In this document: in pieces, positions 51,201 through 58,600 of the stretch
Position numbering within the stretch: position 1 is the first letter of the stretch
Layout: each line of letters begins with the position of its first letter
Source: Tubiluchus corallicola
Lineage: Eukaryota > Animalia > Priapulida
NCBI GenBank assembly: GCA_030141605.1
Contig: JAQGDQ010000045.1
Coordinates: 248,001 to 312,000 of the forward strand
DNA: 64,000 nucleotides
Reading direction: 5' to 3'
The notes under the pieces: generated by a model
Databases searched by the model: none
Seen by the model: the letters and a program-made list of their open reading frames with translations, nothing else
What the model was told of the DNA's origin: nothing
Program-made: the position numbers and the translations under genes

Positions 51201-52566
51201 AGTCTGCCTACCGTACAACTCACAGCAGCAGAGACTACTCTTGTGAGAGTCCATAACGATGTTATGTGGCCTGTAGATCAGCAAAAAGATGTTATCTTAA
51301 TAGAACTAAAAATCTGTTAGTAGCACTTGACACAAATGAACATCAATTTTTTAAAGCCTTTGCAATGCAGGTTAAACATCACCGGAATTCCCCTGAAATG
51401 GTTTGAGTCATATTTACAATTTGCGCCATGATCGGCATCAGTTTGTGCACATTAATTCAGTTTCATCCTTTTCAGCTAGTCTGTCATATGGTATCTCGCA
51501 AGGATCTGTTCTAGGTCCTATTTCATTTCCATTGTATCTGCTCTTGCTTGAAGACATGATGTTGCGCTATAGATTAAATTATAGATTACGAACAAACTGG
51601 CGAAGTTCTTCTTCTACTAGAAATGTGCATTTCCAAAATTCGCTGCTGGGTGAAGTCCAGGTTTCTTGCTGAAATCATTCAATTCTCTTTACGTTGGAAA
51701 TCAGACAGTGAAAACTTTAGGAACTTAAGAGTTGGTGAGTTCGACGTCATTCCGTCTAATTAAAAAAAAAATTGAATGTGCTTTTCGAAACTACTATTTT
51801 AACGCAAAATCAGGTCAATGAAATTTGCAGAAAGACGTATTTTCATGTTTAGAGAATTAGCATAAATCAGGCAGTTCATCTGCAGAAAAAGGTCATCCAT
51901 GCTTTTGTGTCAAGAGATCTAGATTATTGCAATAGCATATTGTGTAGAATTTCGAAAGAATATTTTAATAAGGTTCAGTCGGTAGAAAGCGCAGCAACCA
52001 GGTTAGTAACAAGAACAAAGAAAGTTGATCACGTATCTGCAGTACTTTACAACCGCCCTGGTTACCCATTGAGCAAAGCATCAAATTTAAAATACTGTTG
52101 TTAGTTTACTAAATTTTAAATGACACAGCACCAGTTTATCTTAAAAACTGTTTGGCAAGTATATTCCTTGTCGTACTCTTAGTTCAGCTGACAAGTACGA
52201 ATTTCCTTTTTCCGGATGGCAAACACAATATTACATTTATAGAAACCGAAGTTCCTCTGTCAGTGCTCCAGCCCTGTGGAACAAAATTCTAGTATCACTG
52301 TGTAACTGGAGTAACGTAGAAACTTTTAAAGCTAAATTAAAGACATACCTTCTTAATGAATATTTCACTTAAACAGTTTACTTTCTTTACACATTGACTT
52401 ATCACTGTATTACCTTATATCTTATTGTGCAACTTCGTACTTTTACCTACGTAAATTTTCTTATCAATGTCGTGCTTTTATGTATTGATTGTAGGTCTTA
52501 TTTTTCCTTATTTTTACGCATTAATTAATTTCATTTGTGTGCAGTGCTGAGACGCAGTGTTTCTAC

Positions 52567-52612
<46 letters not shown>

Positions 52613-55600
52613 GTCGTTGTCGTTGTTGTTTACTATTACTATTACTATTACTATTACTATTACTATTACTATTACTATTACTATTACTATTACTATTACT
52701 ATTACTATTACTATTACTATTACTATTACTATTACTATTACTATTACTATTACTATTACTATTATTATTATTATTATTATTTAGTTATCAACACACTATC
52801 TATGGCAAGTCTTTCTAAGCTCACCGTGACAGACTTGGTGCAGAGCTGAAGAACTAATGCTGCTCCGCTTAAAAAACTTGCTCTCCCTTCACCAGTATTA
52901 GCATGGGCCTGAGAACCTCTCTGGATTAGACATAGTTAATAAACTGTGCTTGTCGGTATCTTCGCAGATGTTTCGGTTTTTTAGTTCTAAACAAGTTGTT
53001 CGACAATCAAGCTTTGAACTATGTGCTAGCAAACAGAAGAGTTAGCTAAACCCCTATAAGTCCCCAAGGTGGCTTAGAAACATTTCCATGAAGGAATGAT
53101 ACAGATTGTTTATGTATTCAAGCTAGATTTTTGTGCCAAATAGATTTTTATAGCCAGTTTTATCAATTTGGGGATCCTGAATTCAAAAATGGTAGGTGCC
53201 ATTCTTTCATGCACATCTTCAGCTGCCGTCTTAGATTTCAAAGTGGCAACATTATTATTTAATAACTAAACTTGTAACGTGCGTGTAATATTTAATATGC
53301 AGATGATATTTAAATTTTAGACAATGCAAGAATCTCAGCTCAGGGACGTGATCAAGCCCCGATTCAAATATTTAATAAGTATTCTGCCCATGTTGTTCTT
53401 GATCAATACTGTCTGATTTCCATAATGATGTAGCTGTTTGGTTGATCCAATCATGTTGTCATTGCGCAACTATGGATTTTACCCACGATTTTTGATCATT
53501 TCACCATAGTACAGATTTTCTGTGTGCACGCTTGCCTGAGTGAGTGTGTCTGTGTATGTGTGTATTTAGGTATTTCTCTCATAGTGTGAACAGAATGCTG
53601 TATGTACTGTGCATACATATGTTGTATTTCCAAAGTATTTTTCAACTTCATATCAGCCATACTGAAACAGTTTTAGAAATCAAAGACAATACGTTATAAT
53701 AGAAGTGGCATTGGTGGTTTAAGTTACCAGTAAATGTCTGATTTTTTCTCGTGTAATAAAAAATATAATAAAGAAGTGTTGAACTCCCTGTCTTGGATAT
53801 AGGCAATTATTATTCCATTAAAGCACAGTAAAAGACTGTTCATAAATAAAGCCTGAAAAATTCGTCTTGAATTTTACCTGTTGTCTTGTTGTATACAGAG
53901 CTAGCATTAGCACATTTAGCAGCAACGCTATATAAAGCTTGCAAATTTGAACTTCGCGATGACCCATTTTAACGGTAAGTCTTGAAAACAAGTTTAAGTA
54001 ACATTGAGCAAAGTTTGGAAAAAATAATCGGAGCATTCGTAGCACACTCTTTGCCAACAAACGTTAAAATTACGTTTTCTTGTCAGTAAGATTAATAATG
54101 TGTTTTTGGTGAATCATTGGCGCAGACTAGGATGGCGATGTAGTTCTGTTTTGCAGGTCTCGCGAACATTTTAAATTATTAAGAATTTTCTTTTGCAGTT
54201 ACGTAAGTCTTTTCTAGGTAAGGGCAATGTTAAGTAATATAATTTTGTGTGGAAAGTTCTTTGGGATATACTTTATTTCCCTTTTTCCCTTTAAGTATGA
54301 GAATGTAGATGTCATTACGTAATATATAAGCTTGTCAGTACAATTCACTGTAATATAAATTTTGTCTTTTCTGAAGGCATATATGTACCATTTGGTTCTA
54401 CAGTCTTCATGAGCCTTGACGTCATCAAAAAGTACACGCCATACTTTCACTTGTATACCTCTGGGTTATGGCACAAGGTTACATTCTTCAGACGCTAGTG
54501 TTTGTACTTGTGAAACCTAGCTGGTATTGGAAACATGTGCGGTGGATAAAAACTGCACAGTAGAAATCTGGTTCCGTATAACTTGGGGCTCGAAACCATG
54601 CAAACGTAAATAAGTCCTACGTTGGCTTGTTTTCGCATTCATTCCCTGCCCAGTACACTGCCCGTTGTCGTAATCTCTCACACGTTACTCACTTCTATAT
54701 AGCTGAATTTATACCATCTTGAGATTAAGTCGACTGAAGAGAAATCGAGTATCGAGCTTACAAGGGAGGGTATATTTAGATGGAGTTAATCACTCCTCTT
54801 CCTGCTGTTCTTGACCCAGATCTATGGGATGAAAATGCTTTTATCCGTCCTTCGCCACGCGTGTACATGCATGGAGCTGCTGTTGGCTGTTATTTCCGGA
54901 AAAATTCGCGATATAATATCTGGAAATTGATTCTCCTGTAGAATTGTGCGCTCGAGTCAAGAAGATGTTCTCTGTAAGATAAAATTGTCTGAAAGACTTG
55001 AAAGGGAAAGCGAGAGTGTGAAAGATTATCAAAAAGGGGCGAAGCTAGAAAGGGAAAACATGGAAATATGAGAGAAAAATGCTGTTACTCCTATTCTACA
55101 ATGTACCAAATAAAATCAGTCAACTCCTGCTTGTTTATTAAGATATTACAGAACTACATGCCGAATGTTGACGTTGTCATAGTGAGTTTTGTTAATATGA
55201 TTATCCAAGCGGCTGAATCCCAGACGGTTTCTTCATTACGACCAACAGAGAACCCTATTATATTCGAGGCTTCTCAGCCTACCCGCCGCGCCAACTGAAA
55301 ATCTTTAACTTGGATATCTTATCAGGCATGGTGATAACCTTATCAAGCACTGGTCCGGCTTCAGTATTTATCTCTCCAGTATATAGATCGATATTCACTA
55401 ACAAGCACAATAGTTTATATGGCACAATGTCCATTGGGAACATTGAATTTCTGAGATCCTATACACAGCTAATAGGTTCGTCTCGGTGTCCTTGCATGTG
55501 TAATAAAGTTTGCGCCGAAACACATACGTGTAAAGTGTTTATTTCACTGACGTATCATGCGACATTATACGTTTGCACGTTTGCATAGTTCGCATGTTTG

Positions 55601-58600
55601 CGTAGTTGGCATAGTTATTCGCTTTTATCGGTAACATTGTTGGAGTTGTCTTATAATGCTTTTTACTTATACATAGTTGTTATCAATATTTATATTAAAT
55701 CTTAGAATTCGAACTTGAAATATGATTGACGTGGATAATCAATTTCAATGATTTTGTGGTAAGTTTGCGTTTTGAATTTACCAAACATTTTTTGCTTGTT
55801 CAACACTCACATAATAAAGGAGCAATAGTTAGTTGTTGTCTCTAAAGCTATTCTCTTTCTCTGCTTTGGATCTATACATTTGTTTTGTCGTAATATTTTC
55901 TGTTTAGTTATACGTTTTGTTTCTTATTGTATAGCTTTAATCAGACGAAGAATTTAAAAAACGTCTAATACTCCATCACATAATGGAAAAATTTCAGTAA
56001 TCAGGACTGAGGAACTTTCGAGACTCACTGTGAATTTGCGAAATGCAGTTGATCGTCACCAAATATTTGGCAATCGATTAAGCGCTTTTGGCAATAAAGG
56101 GAAATAGACTACGCCAATCATTTCCTTTACGATAATGTGCCTCTTATCAAAAATGGTTCTATTTGTTTTGCAGCTTGTTTAATATCTCATTACAAAACAT
56201 TCTCGTGGTTTGGTGTTTGAGGAAGCCAGTTTGTATACGCGCTGTATGACACTCCTGTTGGTTTTCCGAGTACTTAATAACTGCAACAAGTTTAACTGCT
56301 ATTTATGAATTTTTAATGTTTGAGATGAAGATGTGATTGACGGGTGAAGTGTTGTTAATGCCGGTAAACGTTGATGTTGCGGTAGTAGAGTCTATTCTAT
56401 TAAAACATATGTAGCCAACTTGAACGTGTAGTTTATATACAGCATTCCATAAGTAACTAAGGTGGCTTCCGTTTTATTTAACAGCGTTAAACTGCTTCGT
56501 GGTTTATAGTATTTTTAATACTGCCATTCTGGGGCATCTTACCGCTCAACTTTCATCAAACTGTACACACGGGTAATTTTCCATTCGCAACTCGTTATCA
56601 TGCAGAACTTGTACATCAAACTCTATTATAGTCTTACAGTAAGGTTATATCCGGTTGTTTCCTCTCTCTAAGCCTCAAGATTCAGGTCACAGTCATTGAA
56701 TCGTTTCCGCTAAGCTTTCAAACAGATCTTATATTCCCAAATCTAATTAAACAAGTTATATCTTGTCTTTATGGTCTTATTCGTTGCAGTAGTGATCTCT
56801 GAAAACATTACCGTCTATGGGAATACATGTAATGATGTTAATCCCCGAACTTCAAGCAGCAATGTTTTAGCAGCAGTTTCTACCACAAATAACTTGGGGG
56901 ACAATGCCTTGAAGCACTCCGTCACGATAGTGATGTCACGTACCAGCGGTGGCACCAAGGCAATGAGTTTATTTTATTTTTATTCTGCTGTAGTTGTTGC
57001 AGTTAAGGAAAACTGCTCTATAAGGAAATGAGGTAGTCGGGTATAGAGGGCTTCGTGTTAGTTCAGCATTTACTGCCCTGTTATTTAACTCAGCTGTATT
57101 TCGAGTGTTATTTGAGTTGAAGAAATGTGAAACTATTCAGTTGGAGGAAGAAATTACCCAAGAGGAAATTGACACATGGTCGTTTATACTTGCATTGAGT
57201 ACAATTGAATGCGTAAATTTTCAATTTCTTTAGATCGTATATCAATGCCTTAGTGCTCTTACTGCTGTAATTTTAAGCTTTTCTATGTTTGTTTGCTTGT
57301 TTTCGCTCAAATGGTTTGCCACAATTGTACTAATCGTAAGCTGTTAAAGGAATGCATAAATGTCAAACTCATCAGGTTCGTGCTGCCACCGCTGTGACAG
57401 AGATACACACGTCTAATCTCAGTTAAATACTAAGATAATAGTTGCTTTTAGTTAAAGTGTCCAAAGCTTCTTTGAGACGTACTAAAAGTCCTGTCTTTTC
57501 TGCATGGTATTATTTTACTTTTTGAGTAAATGACTAGGTTGATATTTAGCGCACGCTGCTTATAGATAAGTATCATTGTAACACTCTCGCAACTTATTAG
57601 TGCACAACATTGAAATTAGGCAGGTCAATTCATTTCAGTAGATTTTCACTATTAATTTCCTTTAATCTGGCATTCTTGTCAACGTACAATAATTAATGTA
57701 AGATCAAAAAGCTTGTATGACCAATGGAAGGTAAGTATAAATGCATAACAAGGACTACTGTTGAAAAACCAGCGGTGCCGATTTTTTCTTGTGTTTTGGC
57801 CGTGGAATTGATCCCACAGCCTCTGATGTGAAAATACAGCACATTACCTCTAAGCTATTCCTGCTGTTGCTATTCAAGCTGTTCCAATGCTATGGGCTTG
57901 CGAAACGTTTCCGAGTAATTCCATTTTTGATGCTATTGGGAATAAAAAAAAACCTATGCCTTCCTGCAAACTTGATTACGAAAAGCAATAATGTTGTCTG
58001 TTTGACGAGCGTGACTTGTAGCCTACGTACTGGCTACTATGCTGCAGCATGGGCTGATATATTATACGTTTCGACTTTTTGCCAAATGCAACAGGTTTCT
58101 AATAATTACAATAACAAGAGGTTGCACGCTCGTCCGATATCCAATTATTGACATATCAATCACTTCTTGACTCTATTCTGCTACTGTATGATTTGTTATT
58201 TCTGATGGCTTCTCTTGCAGTGTAGGAATTGCTCAACGCCTTTACCGTAATAGGTTTCTGCAATTGCCTCTCTCAAGAGCTGCATTTAGTGAGTAATAAT
58301 TATTGAACGCTAATATGCTTGATGTTGGAATGATCGCATTTCGATGCATGCATGCGATGCGCGTATGTGATCAATTTATAATTAAACTAATTAGTGGAAT
58401 CTCTCGTTGAAATGTTAGTTTTGATTTTTCTGGCCCTCATAAGTTTACCTCTTAAATATGACCTGTACGTTTTGTGGCGTTTTTGCCATGTATGCGTCTC
58501 CTTGCCCATATCAGTATGTAAACGACAAATGCAATTACATGTATAATGTTTCAAATTGTGGTTTGAGTTGAATAGAAGATAAAAGTTAAAAAAACGCATA

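Noticed and set aside
52535-52849. Poly-Tyr, poly-Leu and (IT)n ORFs in three frames
   Set aside because: These are translations of a microsatellite that has no stop codons on this strand.
57700-57736. Strong donor AAG|GTAAGT at 57730
   Set aside because: No suitable acceptor, phase-0 start codon or promoter-like context upstream, so it cannot be supported as an exon.
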